A DNA stretch of 64,000 nt from positions 96,852 to 160,851 of the forward strand of contig JAXGOJ010000001.1 of NCBI GenBank assembly GCA_040767525.1, written 5' to 3'. Position 1 is the stretch's first letter; every line of letters starts with the position of its first letter. A program made the translations under genes and the position numbers. Under the pieces are notes generated by a model that had not been told where the DNA came from, made no database searches, and saw only the letters and a program-made list of their open reading frames with translations. Below are positions 42,595 to 52,615 of this stretch, one piece after another. The DNA is from Bacillota bacterium. GTDB taxonomy: Bacteria > Bacillota > Sulfobacillia > Fermentithermobacillales > Fermentithermobacillaceae.

Positions 42595-43242
42595 ATGCAG
42601 GAAAGCACTTTCAGAGGCTTTGTGGCGCTCCCGGTGCCTTCAGGTATCAAAACGTTTCTGCAATCTTTTTACGTGAAAGCCACAAAAACTTTCCCAGACT
42701 ATCGCTTTGTCCAAACAGGCAATTTGCATATTACCTTGCAGTTTTTAGGCAGCAATGTTAAGACATCCTTGATTCCGGATATCCAAACCGTGATTCAGTC
42801 ATCAGTCACCAAAACACTCTGTTTCGATGTTTCCCTTGGGAAAGCCTCAACATTTCCTGAAAAGGGCCTTCCGAGAGTCCTCTACATAGGAATTGACCGT
42901 GGGAAAGAGGAGGTTGAGCAACTGGCCCGGGACTTGCGAGCAGGATTAGAGTCTTTGGGATTCAGAGAAAACAAACCTTTTAGAACCCACATAACTGTGG
43001 CCAGACGTAAACGTCAGACTGGTTACAGAAAGCAAGGCAATGCCGGTTATAATCACTGGACAAAAGCCTTTTCTGATTTCATAACACATTATCATGATGA
43101 ATCGGCCAGTGCCCTTAATTTGCACTGGCGGGCCTCAGAAGTGCTGCTAATGGAAAGTAATTTGACCCCAACAGGGCCGGTGTACTCGGTACTGTCAGGA
43201 ATTTCATTGCCAGGCCGAACGAAGGAGCGAACATATGTGTAA
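42595..43242 (+). CDS. thpR: RNA 2',3'-cyclic phosphodiesterase
   Basis: Two HxT motifs (LHITLQFLG, THITVARR), ESNLTPTGPVY; cinA-thpR-recA synteny. Confidence 0.9.
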   Translation: MQESTFRGFVALPVPSGIKTFLQSFYVKATKTFPDYRFVQTGNLHITLQFLGSNVKTSLIPDIQTVIQSSVTKTLCFDVSLGKASTFPEKGLPRVLYIGIDRGKEEVEQLARDLRAGLESLGFRENKPFRTHITVARRKRQTGYRKQGNAGYNHWTKAFSDFITHYHDESASALNLHWRASEVLLMESNLTPTGPVYSVLSGISLPGRTKERTYV

Positions 43243-43276
43243 TTCCATTGCCCCATGTTGGAGCTGATGTTATACT
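43228..43276 (+). promoter_or_regulatory. recA promoter with an imperfect LexA (Cheo) box
   Basis: CGAAC-ATAT-GTGT at 43228-43240 (consensus CGAAC-N4-GTTC), directly before TTGCCC-N17-TATACT with TG extension. Confidence 0.5.
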
Positions 43277-43328
43277 TGACTGGGAAAGGACTGCCAGGGT
43301 TTCAAGGCGACTCTAAGGAGTGAAATAT

Positions 43329-44366
43329 ATGCTGGAAAGAGAAAAGGCCCTAGAGTTGGCGGTTGCTCAAATAGAGAAGCAATTCGGCAAAGGCTCCATA
43401 ATGAGGTTCGGAGAAGCTTCTCAGAAAATGACAGTAGACATTATTCCAACCGGTGCCCTGGCGCTGGACATTGCTCTTGGGATCGGAGGCATACCTCGCG
43501 GGCGAATTGTTGAGATCTACGGCCCTGAAGGTTCAGGCAAAACCACCGTTGCTCTGCATATTATTGCAGAAGCCCAGAGAGCGGGAGGAATTGCTGCATT
43601 TATAGACGCTGAACACGCTCTGGACCCTCTGTACGCAAACAGGTTGGGAGTTGACATAGACAACTTGCTGATTTCGCAACCCGATACAGGAGAACAGGCG
43701 CTTGAGATTGTTGAAGCCCTTGTACGAAGCGGCGCTGTTGATTGCGTCGTAGTGGACTCTGTGGCGGCTTTGGCCCCTCGTGCCGAAATCGAAGGCGAAA
43801 TGGGAGACGCCCATGTAGGCCTTCAAGCACGTTTAATGTCCCAGGCTTTGAGGAAACTTACTGCAGTAGTGTCGAAATCGAAGTCTACAACGATTTTCAT
43901 AAACCAGGTGCGTGAAAAAATCGGGATAATGTTCGGGAATCCTGAAGTGACTCCTGGCGGAAGAGCGCTGAAATTCTACTCATCAGTAAGGCTCGATGTA
44001 AGAAGAATTGAAAACTTGAAGCGAGGCCAGGAGACCATAGGCGCCAGAACTAGAGTGCGAGTTGTTAAGAACAAATTATCCCCGCCGTTTAGAGATGCAG
44101 AGTTTGACATAATTTTCGGAGAAGGGATTTCCCGGGAAGGCTCCCTCTTAGATGTAGGCGTTGCCCACAACATTCTTACCAGAACCGGAACCTGGTATTC
44201 TTACGGAGATATTCGCCTGGGGCAAGGCAAAGAAGCTGCCAGGCAGTATTTCAGGGACCACCCTGAGACGAGTGAAGAAGTAGCATCCAAAATCAGGGCT
44301 CTCTTGAATCCGAAAGACGCCGATTCTTCCAAGGCTCCAAAACCCGGTGCCGGTGATGCCAAATAA
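43329..44366 (+). CDS. recA: Recombinase RecA
   Basis: [48 protein letters not shown]; no intein or intron. Confidence 0.99.
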   Translation: MLEREKALELAVAQIEKQFGKGSIMRFGEASQKMTVDIIPTGALALDIALGIGGIPRGRIVEIYGPEGSGKTTVALHIIAEAQRAGGIAAFIDAEHALDPLYANRLGVDIDNLLISQPDTGEQALEIVEALVRSGAVDCVVVDSVAALAPRAEIEGEMGDAHVGLQARLMSQALRKLTAVVSKSKSTTIFINQVREKIGIMFGNPEVTPGGRALKFYSSVRLDVRRIENLKRGQETIGARTRVRVVKNKLSPPFRDAEFDIIFGEGISREGSLLDVGVAHNILTRTGTWYSYGDIRLGQGKEAARQYFRDHPETSEEVASKIRALLNPKDADSSKAPKPGAGDAK

Positions 44367-44374
44367 GGACACCT

Positions 44375-44827
44375 ATGGATGAATCTCTGAAAATCCTGTC
44401 AAGACGACAGGTCAGTTCAGGTCAAATGCGATTTATGCTTTCGAGGAAAGGGTTCATGCCCGGCGATATACAGGCATGTATTGAGAAATTAGAGGAATGG
44501 GGTTATCTTAACGATAGAGTCCTTGCCAGAGATATTCTGCGGGCTATAATACGTAACACCCCGTGCGGCAAGAGACGTTGCTTTTACGAACTTGAAAAAA
44601 GGCGCTTTTGCAAAGAACTTATAGAAGAATTGGTTCAAGAAGTATATTCCGGATTGGATGAACTGTGCCTTGCCCATACTGCCGCAAAGCAGTATGCAAA
44701 AGGCAAATCGCCATGGACATTGAAAGACTCAGAGCGCCTGGCCAGGTGGCTGTATCGCCGGGGTTTCACCGGAGAAACCATACTTTCGGTGGTCAGGACA
44801 TTTGGCCCGGCAGGTGACGTAGGGTAG
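44375..44827 (+). CDS. recX: Regulatory protein RecX
   Basis: LSRR, WGYLNDR, LYRRGF repeats; directly follows recA. Confidence 0.85.
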   Translation: MDESLKILSRRQVSSGQMRFMLSRKGFMPGDIQACIEKLEEWGYLNDRVLARDILRAIIRNTPCGKRRCFYELEKRRFCKELIEELVQEVYSGLDELCLAHTAAKQYAKGKSPWTLKDSERLARWLYRRGFTGETILSVVRTFGPAGDVG

Positions 44828-44895
44828 GCGTGTGATACTGGTTTATATGATTTTATACCTGGACGTTTCATGTATAGTGCTTTTGTGCACCGACG

Positions 44896-45063
44896 TATAA
44901 TCATGAATTTGATTGGACTCAGAAACCGTGGAGTAGATTGGCCTATGGTTAAGTATTCAGGCCATGTTGCGGTTTGGGGCTTAGTGCATTTATACGGGAA
45001 TAGGCTCAATTAGCCAGGTATTGATACATTTGAGCCGGTATGCCGGGCACTGCTCGGCTTTTT
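44896..45063 (+). promoter_or_regulatory. Structured leader or sRNA upstream of rny with overlapping antiterminator/terminator-like hairpins
   Basis: TATAAT at 44896; stems aaaccgtg/tgcggttt and tggcct/aggcca; ggctcaa/ttgagcc competes with gagccg..cggctTTTT. Confidence 0.5.
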
Positions 45064-45088
45064 CTGTTTACAGAGGAGGTGACAGTAT

Positions 45089-46627
45089 TTGCAGTTCTTA
45101 CCGTATATTTTATATGCATTAGGTATAGTTTTGGCGGCTGCAGCAGGATACTTACTGCGCCGCATGATAGGCGAGGCCAAAATCAAATCTGCTGAGACTG
45201 AGGCCAAAAGAATATTGGAGCAATCCACAAAGGCCGCTGAGACCAAGCATAGAGAGATTCTCCTGGAAGCCAGGGATAGTGCCCAAAAAATCAGGGATGA
45301 AGTTGACAAAGAAATGCGGGAAAGGCGTCAGGAACTACAGCGCCTGGAACGCAGGCTGATAAACAAGGAAGAGTCTCTTGAGCGAAGGCAAGAGACTTTG
45401 ATTCAAAGAGAAGAGAACCTGTCAAAACAGGAAAAATCTTTTGCCGAGAAGGAACGGATCCTTGAGGGATTGCAGGAAGAGTCCATTAGAGAACTCGAAC
45501 GTATTTCCGGACTTTCAAGAGAAAACGCCAGGGAAAAGATTCTTCAGGAAGTCAGGGATACTCTCAAAGAAGAAAGTGCAAGGCTAATCAGGGATGCTGA
45601 GGCCCAGGCCAGGGAAGAAGCAGAACAAAGGTCTCGAAGTATAGTTGCTTTGGCCATTCAAAGGTGTGCTGCTGACCATGTTGCGGAGAATACTGTCTCA
45701 GTTGTGGAGCTGCCAAGTGACGAGATGAAAGGCAGGATAATAGGGAGAGAAGGAAGGAACATCAGAACCCTTGAGACTCTTACCGGGATTGAACTCATCA
45801 TCGATGATACTCCAGAAGCTGTAATTCTTTCTGGTTTCGATCCGGTAAGAAGAGAGGTTGCCCGGCTGGCCCTGGAAAGGCTCGTGGCCGACGGCCGGAT
45901 TCACCCTGCACGTATTGAAGAAATGGTGGAAAGGGCTCAGAAAGATGTAGAGACCATTATTAAGCAAGAGGGCGAACAAGCAGCCTTACAGCTAAGTGTC
46001 CATGGACTGCACCCTGAGCTTGTTAAGTTGCTGGGAAGGTTGAGGTTCAGAACAAGTTATGGCCAGAATGTGCTCAAACACTCTGTTGAGGTTGCCCAGC
46101 TTGCCGCCAATATGGCTGCGGAAATTGGCGCTGAAGTAACAATGGCCAAACGCGCAGGGCTTCTTCACGATATAGGAAAGGCTGTGGACCACGAGGTGGA
46201 AGGATCTCACGTAGCCATTGGAGTGAACCTTCTCAGAAGGTACCGGGAATCCCATGATGTGATACGCGCCATCGAAGCTCACCACGGTGATGTTGAACCA
46301 CAGTCTGTTGAAGCATTCTTAGTCGCAGCTGCAGACGCCATATCGGCAGCGCGCCCTGGTGCCAGGAGAGAGACTCTTGAGATGTACCTTAAGCGCCTGC
46401 AAAAACTCGAAGATATTGCCAATTCCTTTGAGGGGGTAGAAAAATCCTATGCTATCCAGGCCGGCCGGGAAATCCGGATAATGGTCAAACCTGAACGCAT
46501 AGATGACCTGGGTTCAGTCACCCTCGCAAGAGATATTGTTAGACGAATTGAAAAAGAACTGGAGTATCCAGGGCAAATTAAGGTAACCGTCATAAGGGAA
46601 ACAAGAGCAGTGGGTTATGCAAAGTAA
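45089..46627 (+). CDS. rny: Ribonuclease Y
   Basis: N-terminal TM, coiled coil, KH domain ([15 protein letters not shown]), HD domain (LLHDIGK), [13 protein letters not shown]. Confidence 0.98.
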   Translation: MQFLPYILYALGIVLAAAAGYLLRRMIGEAKIKSAETEAKRILEQSTKAAETKHREILLEARDSAQKIRDEVDKEMRERRQELQRLERRLINKEESLERRQETLIQREENLSKQEKSFAEKERILEGLQEESIRELERISGLSRENAREKILQEVRDTLKEESARLIRDAEAQAREEAEQRSRSIVALAIQRCAADHVAENTVSVVELPSDEMKGRIIGREGRNIRTLETLTGIELIIDDTPEAVILSGFDPVRREVARLALERLVADGRIHPARIEEMVERAQKDVETIIKQEGEQAALQLSVHGLHPELVKLLGRLRFRTSYGQNVLKHSVEVAQLAANMAAEIGAEVTMAKRAGLLHDIGKAVDHEVEGSHVAIGVNLLRRYRESHDVIRAIEAHHGDVEPQSVEAFLVAAADAISAARPGARRETLEMYLKRLQKLEDIANSFEGVEKSYAIQAGREIRIMVKPERIDDLGSVTLARDIVRRIEKELEYPGQIKVTVIRETRAVGYAK

Positions 46628-46642
46628 GATTTCACCGAATAT

Positions 46643-46680
46643 AGGCGCTGGTTGGTCGAAATCATTCCGGCGCCTTATTT
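46643..46680 (+). terminator. Hairpin after rny
   Basis: aggcgctgg / ccggcgcct with an inner tggt-cgaa-atca extension, then tattt. Confidence 0.55.
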
Positions 46681-46747
46681 GGAAAACAGTATTGGGGCAT
46701 AAGGGATGCAAAAATCCCTTATCTTAGCCCTGGGAGTTGGTGATTAT

Positions 46748-47296
46748 ATGGCTGATAATACCCGTGTTAGCAAAGGAAACCGCCGAAACACCCGTAAACG
46801 GGTTTCCCAAAAAGACATTGAAATCCTGGCTACTTTGCTGGTGGCTTTTCCCCAGGTATCAAGAGCTGTGTTTGATCCTGCAAAACGAGGGCTGAGCCTG
46901 GTGTTTCTATGCCAGGGGCCTATCAGTAAATCGAAACGTGATAGGCTGCAGGCCCTATATCTCCAGTCAATAGAGGTATATCTAGGGTTGTTGGATATAG
47001 AAGGCGGTTTTGTTCATTGCTCCTGGGAAAGCATGGATGATTTTTGCTCGTTTCAGGTGGAAAGAGACGTAGCATCACTAACTACCGGCGAACTGAGTTT
47101 GACCGCATCATTGATTTCGGAACATGTTCCGGTACTTTCGGCTGTGGATGATTCGCCTGTCAGCGAAGAAACGGATTTCTCATGGTCTGCTAAATTCTTT
47201 TTACAGGAAATGCTAGACCAGGTGAAAGAAATTCAGTGCCCAAGAAAACTCGTTGCTTTGCGCGAAGGAGAAAAAGTACTGGTATTTGATAAGTGA
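46748..47296 (+). CDS. Hypothetical protein between rny and ymdB
   Basis: 182-aa ORF with RBS and a basic N-terminus; 9 nt from ymdB; no motif recognised. Confidence 0.8.
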   Translation: MADNTRVSKGNRRNTRKRVSQKDIEILATLLVAFPQVSRAVFDPAKRGLSLVFLCQGPISKSKRDRLQALYLQSIEVYLGLLDIEGGFVHCSWESMDDFCSFQVERDVASLTTGELSLTASLISEHVPVLSAVDDSPVSEETDFSWSAKFFLQEMLDQVKEIQCPRKLVALREGEKVLVFDK

Positions 47297-47305
47297 GGTA
47301 TACTC

Positions 47306-48085
47306 ATGAATTTGCTTTTTGTCGGAGATGTGTTTGGCTCGCCGGGCCGCTCATACTTAAGAGACCTGCTTCCTGGCCTCATTCATGAATACGACGTGGA
47401 TTTTACGATAGTTAACGGTGAAAACGCTGCAGGAGGAGCCGGCCTGACTAAGGAAACAGCCAATGAACTGTTTTCTGCCGGTGTGGATATTATAACTTCA
47501 GGAAATCATATATGGGATAAGAAAGAGATCTACCCGGTTCTAGACACCGAGAAAAGGATTCTGAGGCCGGCAAACTACCCGCCAGGGATTCCCGGAAGAG
47601 GCTCAGGGGTTTTTACGGCCAAGAACAGTACCACCGTAGGAGTAATAAATATTTGCGGTAGAGTATTTTCCCCTCAAAATTTTGACTGCCCCTTTCGAGT
47701 TCTCGACAGTGAGATTTCCATGCTTAGGACTGTCACTCCGGTTATCGTTATTGACTTTCACGGCGAAGCGTCATCTGAGAAAATTGCTGCAGGCTGGTAC
47801 GTCGATGGAAAAGCAAGTGCGCTCTTCGGTACTCACACCCATGTCCAAACAGCAGACGAACTTATCTTGCCAAATGGCACAGCCTACATTACTGATGCAG
47901 GAATGACCGGAAGCTATGAAGGGATAATCGGGGTAAAACGTGACATAATTCTTAAACATTTCTTAACTCAATTGCCGGTAAGACACGTGCCTGCTAAAGG
48001 CAAAAAACAGCTGTGCGCAGTATACTGCGTGATAGACTCCCTGGGGAAGGCTGAAAAAATCCAGCGAATCCTAATTAGAGAATAA
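47306..48085 (+). CDS. ymdB: YmdB (TIGR00282) metallophosphoesterase
   Basis: LFVGDVFGSPG, NGENAAGG, TSGNHIWD, DFHGEASSEK, GTHTHVQTAD, TDAGMTG. Confidence 0.95.
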   Translation: MNLLFVGDVFGSPGRSYLRDLLPGLIHEYDVDFTIVNGENAAGGAGLTKETANELFSAGVDIITSGNHIWDKKEIYPVLDTEKRILRPANYPPGIPGRGSGVFTAKNSTTVGVINICGRVFSPQNFDCPFRVLDSEISMLRTVTPVIVIDFHGEASSEKIAAGWYVDGKASALFGTHTHVQTADELILPNGTAYITDAGMTGSYEGIIGVKRDIILKHFLTQLPVRHVPAKGKKQLCAVYCVIDSLGKAEKIQRILIRE

Positions 48086-48307
48086 GCTGGAAACCAACCG
48101 TGGCCAAAACATGGATCCAGTACAGCTAAAATTGCTTGAAATACCGCAATATCTCCTTGTCAAATACATAGATTACCATTAGAATGGAAATACACCAAGA
48201 TTCGGCAGTCCAAATTGTGACGTGTTGACAGTTGCCGCAGTTCATTTATCATAATTGGAGGGTTAACATTGGGACTAGTTAACGCAGATCGCCGAGATAC
48301 CATATCC

Positions 48308-48571
48308 GTGGATGTCCTTAAGGTCTCTTCGAAATCAAATCCTAATGCAGTAGCAGGCGCACTGGCTGGCGTTGTCAGAGAACGTGGATACGCAGAAATA
48401 CAGGGAATAGGGGCAGGGGCAATTAACCAGGCCATAAAAGCAGTGGCAATTGCACGTGGATTTGTGGCGCCCAGCGGAGTCGATCTTGTATGTGTTCCCG
48501 CGTGTACAGATATCATGATCGACGGGCAAGAACGTACAGCGATTAAGCTTATTGTGGGCCCCAGGAACTAG
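48308..48571 (+). CDS. spoVS: Stage V sporulation protein S
   Basis: MDVLKVSSKSNPNAVAGALAG, IGAGAINQAIKAVAIARG. Confidence 0.95.
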   Translation: MDVLKVSSKSNPNAVAGALAGVVRERGYAEIQGIGAGAINQAIKAVAIARGFVAPSGVDLVCVPACTDIMIDGQERTAIKLIVGPRN

Positions 48572-48593
48572 TTGATTAAGGATTTACCTGAGA

Positions 48594-49508
48594 ATGCGCA
48601 ATACCAGGACTGCTGACATTCTGCTCTCGCAAAGTTTTTGTGGGGGCAAGAACGTCTGTAATTCTGATTATTGCGATCTTCACATTCATACTACAGCCTC
48701 AGACGGGGAGTGCACACCTCACCAGGTAGTGTCTCAGGCTCGGGAAATTGGTTTGAAGGCAATTTCTCTTTGCGATCATGATACTATTTCCGGTTTTCAA
48801 GAACTTTCTCGATTGTACTTTTGCTGCAATGACGGCACTTTAGCGGCCTCAGGAGTTGAAGTCATTCCCGGGATCGAGATTAACAGTGAATGGCGGGGCA
48901 GAGAACTCCACATTCTAGGGTACTTCATTAATCCAGACGATGAAGGATTCTCTAGGATACTTGAAACACTCAGAGATTCAAGAATTCAAAGACTCTACGT
49001 GATCTTAAAGAAACTAAGAAAACTTGATGTCTTTATAGATATTTCCCGGGTGCTTGAAATGGCACAAGGAGAGTCAGTAGGCCGGCCACATGTGGCTAAA
49101 GCAATGGTTGAAAAGGAGTACGTTGGTGATATCAAGGAAGCCTTCCAGCGGTACCTTGGAATAGGCAAGCCCGGATACGCGGAACGATTCCATCTTAGCC
49201 CTATTGAATCAATAAGGGCTATCCGCCGGGCAAAGGGTGTAGCCATATGGGCTCACCCCGGGACGGCGAAGGCCGATGATCTGCTTGGTGAGCTCATTCA
49301 AAACGGGCTTCAAGGATTAGAAGTATACCACCCGGAACATGACCGTGAACTTCAGCAACAATACAAGAGGATCGCCGTGGAAAATCGCTTATTGATAACC
49401 GGCGGCTCTGATTTCCACAGTTTTTCAGACCCAGTAGGTGCTCAAATAGGAAGTCATTGGATTTCGTATGATTCTGTCCTGCATATGAAACAGCTGGCGA
49501 AAGCCTGA
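48594..49508 (+). CDS. Stand-alone PHP-domain protein (TrpH/YciV-like)
   Basis: DLHIHTTASDG, CDHDT, GIE, LHILGY, GRPHVA, AHP, GGSDFH. Confidence 0.9.
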   Translation: MRNTRTADILLSQSFCGGKNVCNSDYCDLHIHTTASDGECTPHQVVSQAREIGLKAISLCDHDTISGFQELSRLYFCCNDGTLAASGVEVIPGIEINSEWRGRELHILGYFINPDDEGFSRILETLRDSRIQRLYVILKKLRKLDVFIDISRVLEMAQGESVGRPHVAKAMVEKEYVGDIKEAFQRYLGIGKPGYAERFHLSPIESIRAIRRAKGVAIWAHPGTAKADDLLGELIQNGLQGLEVYHPEHDRELQQQYKRIAVENRLLITGGSDFHSFSDPVGAQIGSHWISYDSVLHMKQLAKA

Positions 49509-49646
49509 CTCGTACTGAAAATGGGGTGAAGCCCATTGCTTATGGAGCTATGAGACGCACCCTCGGCAGTCTATGAAGATGTTCTTTCACCAAAGGTGTC
49601 TCCCTATGGAATGTCTGATATGGAAAAGTTTCCCCGAAGGGCGGTT

Positions 49647-49691
49647 TCAGTTGCCGGGGCCCGGAACAATCCTAGGTACCCCGGCAACTGA
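49647..49691. terminator. Hairpin between convergent PHP and acyl-CoA synthetase genes
   Basis: tcagttgccgggg / ccccggcaactga perfect 13-bp inverted repeat. Confidence 0.7.
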
Positions 49692-49703
49692 GATACTTGC
49701 TTC

Positions 49704-51806
49704 TTACGCTAACTTGATTTTTACGTCAAGAGCGCTCAAACTCTTGGGATATGCAAAAATTGGGTTAATATCGAGTTCTTGTATCTCAGGAAAATCCCTG
49801 CACAGCTGAGCCACACGGGCTACAGCCTCAGAAATGGCGGGAATATCATCAGGTTCAGCACCCCTGAAGCCCTTGAGAATTGTATATGCTTTGGTCTCGG
49901 CAATCATCTCATCTACTTCGCGCTTGGTGAGGCCCGAAGCAAGCCTGAAAGAAGCGTCTTTCAGGAGGTTAACCAGAATTCCGCCTGAACCAAAGGCAAT
50001 CATGGGGCCAAAGGTTGGGTCTTTGACCATACCGATTATGATTTCGTCGCCCTTTGCCATCATTTTTTGGACTTCTACGCCATAGATCTTAGCGTCAGGA
50101 ACAGCCTTTTTAGAGTTATCCATGATGGAATTGAAAGCAGCCCTTACCTCTTCCTTAGACTTAAGGCCGACTTTGACTCCCCCGACGTCAGTTTTGTGCA
50201 TAATATCAGGAGACGAAATCTTCATGACTACCGGAAAGCCCATGTCTGATGCCTGCTTCTCAGCTTCATCCTCTGACGTGGCCAACCGGGAAGGAGCTGC
50301 TGGAATCTTGTAATGTTCTGCAACCTCAGCAGCCTCAGGGCTAAGGAGGAGGTCCCGTCCGTCTTTGCGGACCTTCTCAAATATCTCTTTGACTTGTTCC
50401 TTGTTTACATCATCAAACGCCCATTCTTCTCCATGCTCAACAGCCTTTTTCAACTCTGCAAACCTGGCCAAACCCCTTAGAGTCGCTACTGCAGGCTCAG
50501 GAAATGCATATGAGGGTACACCGTGTTCTTTCAGGTACTCAACTGCATCTTTAACTGCAGCCCCGCCTGTAAATGCTGCCACTACAGGTTTGTCTGGATA
50601 CTTATTTTTGGCCGCAACCACTACTTCAGCCACTTTATCAACTTCTATGACAGCTGTTGGGCTGAGAAGAACAGCAGCGGCGTCGACATTTGGATCAGCG
50701 AGGGCAGCATTTATGGCAATCTCATACCTATCGTAATGTGCATCGCCGATAACATCGATGGGGTTATGGATATTGGCCATAGAAGGCATCTTTTCTTCAA
50801 GCAGCTTAAGGGTCTCGTCACTGAACTGTGCCATCTGGAGCCCGCCCAGTTCAATGGCGTCAGAGGCAACAATTCCGGGCCCCCCTGAGTTAGTGATAAC
50901 AGCAACTCGTTTTCCTTTCGGAATCGGTTGAGTCGTAAAAGCATTTGCAAGGTCGAAAAGTTCTGTCATGTTGGATGCCCTGAGTACTCCGGCATGCCGC
51001 AATGCAGTCTCATATGCTGTGTCTGAACCTGCAAGTGCGCCTGTATGAGATGACGCTGCCTTGGCACCTGCGGCACTCACTCCTGATTTGAGCACAATGA
51101 CCGGAACCCGCTTGGTGGCTTTTCTTGCGGCCTTAATGAACCTTGGCCCGTCTACCACATCTTCGAGGTACAGACAGACAACCTTGGTGTTAGGATCTTG
51201 GCTGGCAATTTCAACGAAATCGGCCTCATTGAGATCGGCCTTGTTACCAAAACTCACAAACTGGCTGAAGCCCAGTCCTTCCTTGAGGCTCCAGTCCAAA
51301 ATTGCGATGCAAAGAGCGCCGCTTTGAGATACAAAAGCTATGTTTCCTTTAAGCGCCATGTTTTTCGCAAAAGTAGCATTGAAAGGGGTATGGGTGTCCA
51401 TAACGCCCAGGCAGTTAGGACCAACTATGGTCATTCCGTGCTTGCTGGCAATCTCGGCAAGCTTCTGCTCGAGCTCCCGGCCTTCCTTGCCAACCTCTTT
51501 GAAACCTGCGGTGATTACTATCATATGCTTTACTCCGGCTTTGCCGCATTCTTCGGCAACAGGAACCGATACTTTTGCCGGAACACACAGCACTGCTACG
51601 TCAATTGGCTTCCCGACATCTGTGATTGATGGGTACGCTTTTAAACCCCCAATTTCATCTTCTTTGGGGTTGATAGGATAGATGTGGCCTTTGAATCCTG
51701 AGGACTTCATGTTGTCCACCACTGCGTAGCCAATCTTACCAGGTGTATTCGATGCACCAATTATCGCAACGGATCGGGGACGCATAAGGGACATTAGATC
51801 GCTCAT
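49704..51806 (-). CDS. ADP-forming acetate/acyl-CoA ligase, fused alpha-beta (AcdAB type)
   Basis: CoA-binding PRSVAIIGAS, GPNCLG, VSQSGAL, SHTGALAG, ATP-grasp KISSPDIMHKTDVGGV, LDINP; no GNAT domain. Confidence 0.9.
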   Translation of the reverse strand: MSDLMSLMRPRSVAIIGASNTPGKIGYAVVDNMKSSGFKGHIYPINPKEDEIGGLKAYPSITDVGKPIDVAVLCVPAKVSVPVAEECGKAGVKHMIVITAGFKEVGKEGRELEQKLAEIASKHGMTIVGPNCLGVMDTHTPFNATFAKNMALKGNIAFVSQSGALCIAILDWSLKEGLGFSQFVSFGNKADLNEADFVEIASQDPNTKVVCLYLEDVVDGPRFIKAARKATKRVPVIVLKSGVSAAGAKAASSHTGALAGSDTAYETALRHAGVLRASNMTELFDLANAFTTQPIPKGKRVAVITNSGGPGIVASDAIELGGLQMAQFSDETLKLLEEKMPSMANIHNPIDVIGDAHYDRYEIAINAALADPNVDAAAVLLSPTAVIEVDKVAEVVVAAKNKYPDKPVVAAFTGGAAVKDAVEYLKEHGVPSYAFPEPAVATLRGLARFAELKKAVEHGEEWAFDDVNKEQVKEIFEKVRKDGRDLLLSPEAAEVAEHYKIPAAPSRLATSEDEAEKQASDMGFPVVMKISSPDIMHKTDVGGVKVGLKSKEEVRAAFNSIMDNSKKAVPDAKIYGVEVQKMMAKGDEIIIGMVKDPTFGPMIAFGSGGILVNLLKDASFRLASGLTKREVDEMIAETKAYTILKGFRGAEPDDIPAISEAVARVAQLCRDFPEIQELDINPIFAYPKSLSALDVKIKLA

Positions 51807-51997
51807 ATTTTCCTGCACCTTCCTCCAGCAATATTGCATAAAGAAAAACTACCATCGTTAAGTTTAACATAAAGAATCTCAGGGCGTAAACCAGCGCAAT
51901 CAGCAGAGCGTGCAGAAAGGTAAATGTTATGTAAGTAAATGGCATTCGTGGTATAATACGCCTGTAGGGTGAAAACCCAAAATGGAGGAAACGAAAA

Positions 51998-52615
51998 ATG
52001 GGAGAAATCTTCTGGTCAGACATAAGTGAAACCTTTGGTTTATCCAAATCCACCATGCGAAACATAAATAAACGGTTTGGAGACATATTGGGCATTACTT
52101 CATCCAACAAAATCCCCAAAAGCTCTTTGGGTGCAATATCCGTAATCGCCAACCTGCAGGAGCAGGGTATCCCAGATGACGAAATTGAAGTAACCCTCCT
52201 AAGCCTCAAAACTGAATCTGGCTGGCCTGATGTGGTATTGAACCGGATACAGGAACAAGGGGCAACCCTTGCTCCAGGTTTGGAGCCCTCAATCAGTGCA
52301 ATTGCCGATCAAAACACCTACAAACGTTTGACAAAAGACTTACCTGAGCCATCAGAGTATTCATGGATAGGGTGCCTTGAGAGAATCTCTCAGAACCATG
52401 AGCCCGAATGGCCGTTAAAAGAAATGTTCCTCGATCTCAGACGGGAAATCTGTTCAAGCAAAGTCTCAGAAAAAGAGCAAATACAGAGGCTTACCGAAAG
52501 TGTTGAGATCCTCGTAAGGGAAGTAAGAGACCTCAGGTACGCTCTGGTTATGGCTTCTTCACGAAAAGACAGAAAGAAGGGCCTTAGAGGCCTGTCCAGG
52601 CTGCTTACTCGCTGA
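51998..52615 (+). CDS. MerR-like HTH plus coiled-coil protein
   Basis: DISETFGLSKSTMRN HTH and L...G.P..EI pattern, C-terminal heptads, basic amphipathic tail KKGLRGLSRLL; GGAGG RBS. Confidence 0.7.
   Translation: MGEIFWSDISETFGLSKSTMRNINKRFGDILGITSSNKIPKSSLGAISVIANLQEQGIPDDEIEVTLLSLKTESGWPDVVLNRIQEQGATLAPGLEPSISAIADQNTYKRLTKDLPEPSEYSWIGCLERISQNHEPEWPLKEMFLDLRREICSSKVSEKEQIQRLTESVEILVREVRDLRYALVMASSRKDRKKGLRGLSRLLTR

Noticed and set aside
48594-49508. Stand-alone PHP protein as the trans proofreader for PolC
   Set aside because: Its motifs fit the widespread TrpH/YciV family and it lies 45 kb away in an unrelated context. Nothing in the sequence links it to the replisome.
51855-51875. Rex operator upstream of the acyl-CoA synthetase (GTTAA-gt-TTAAC)
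   Set aside because: The half-sites resemble TTGTTAA-N4-TTAACAA but the spacer is 2 nt instead of 4.
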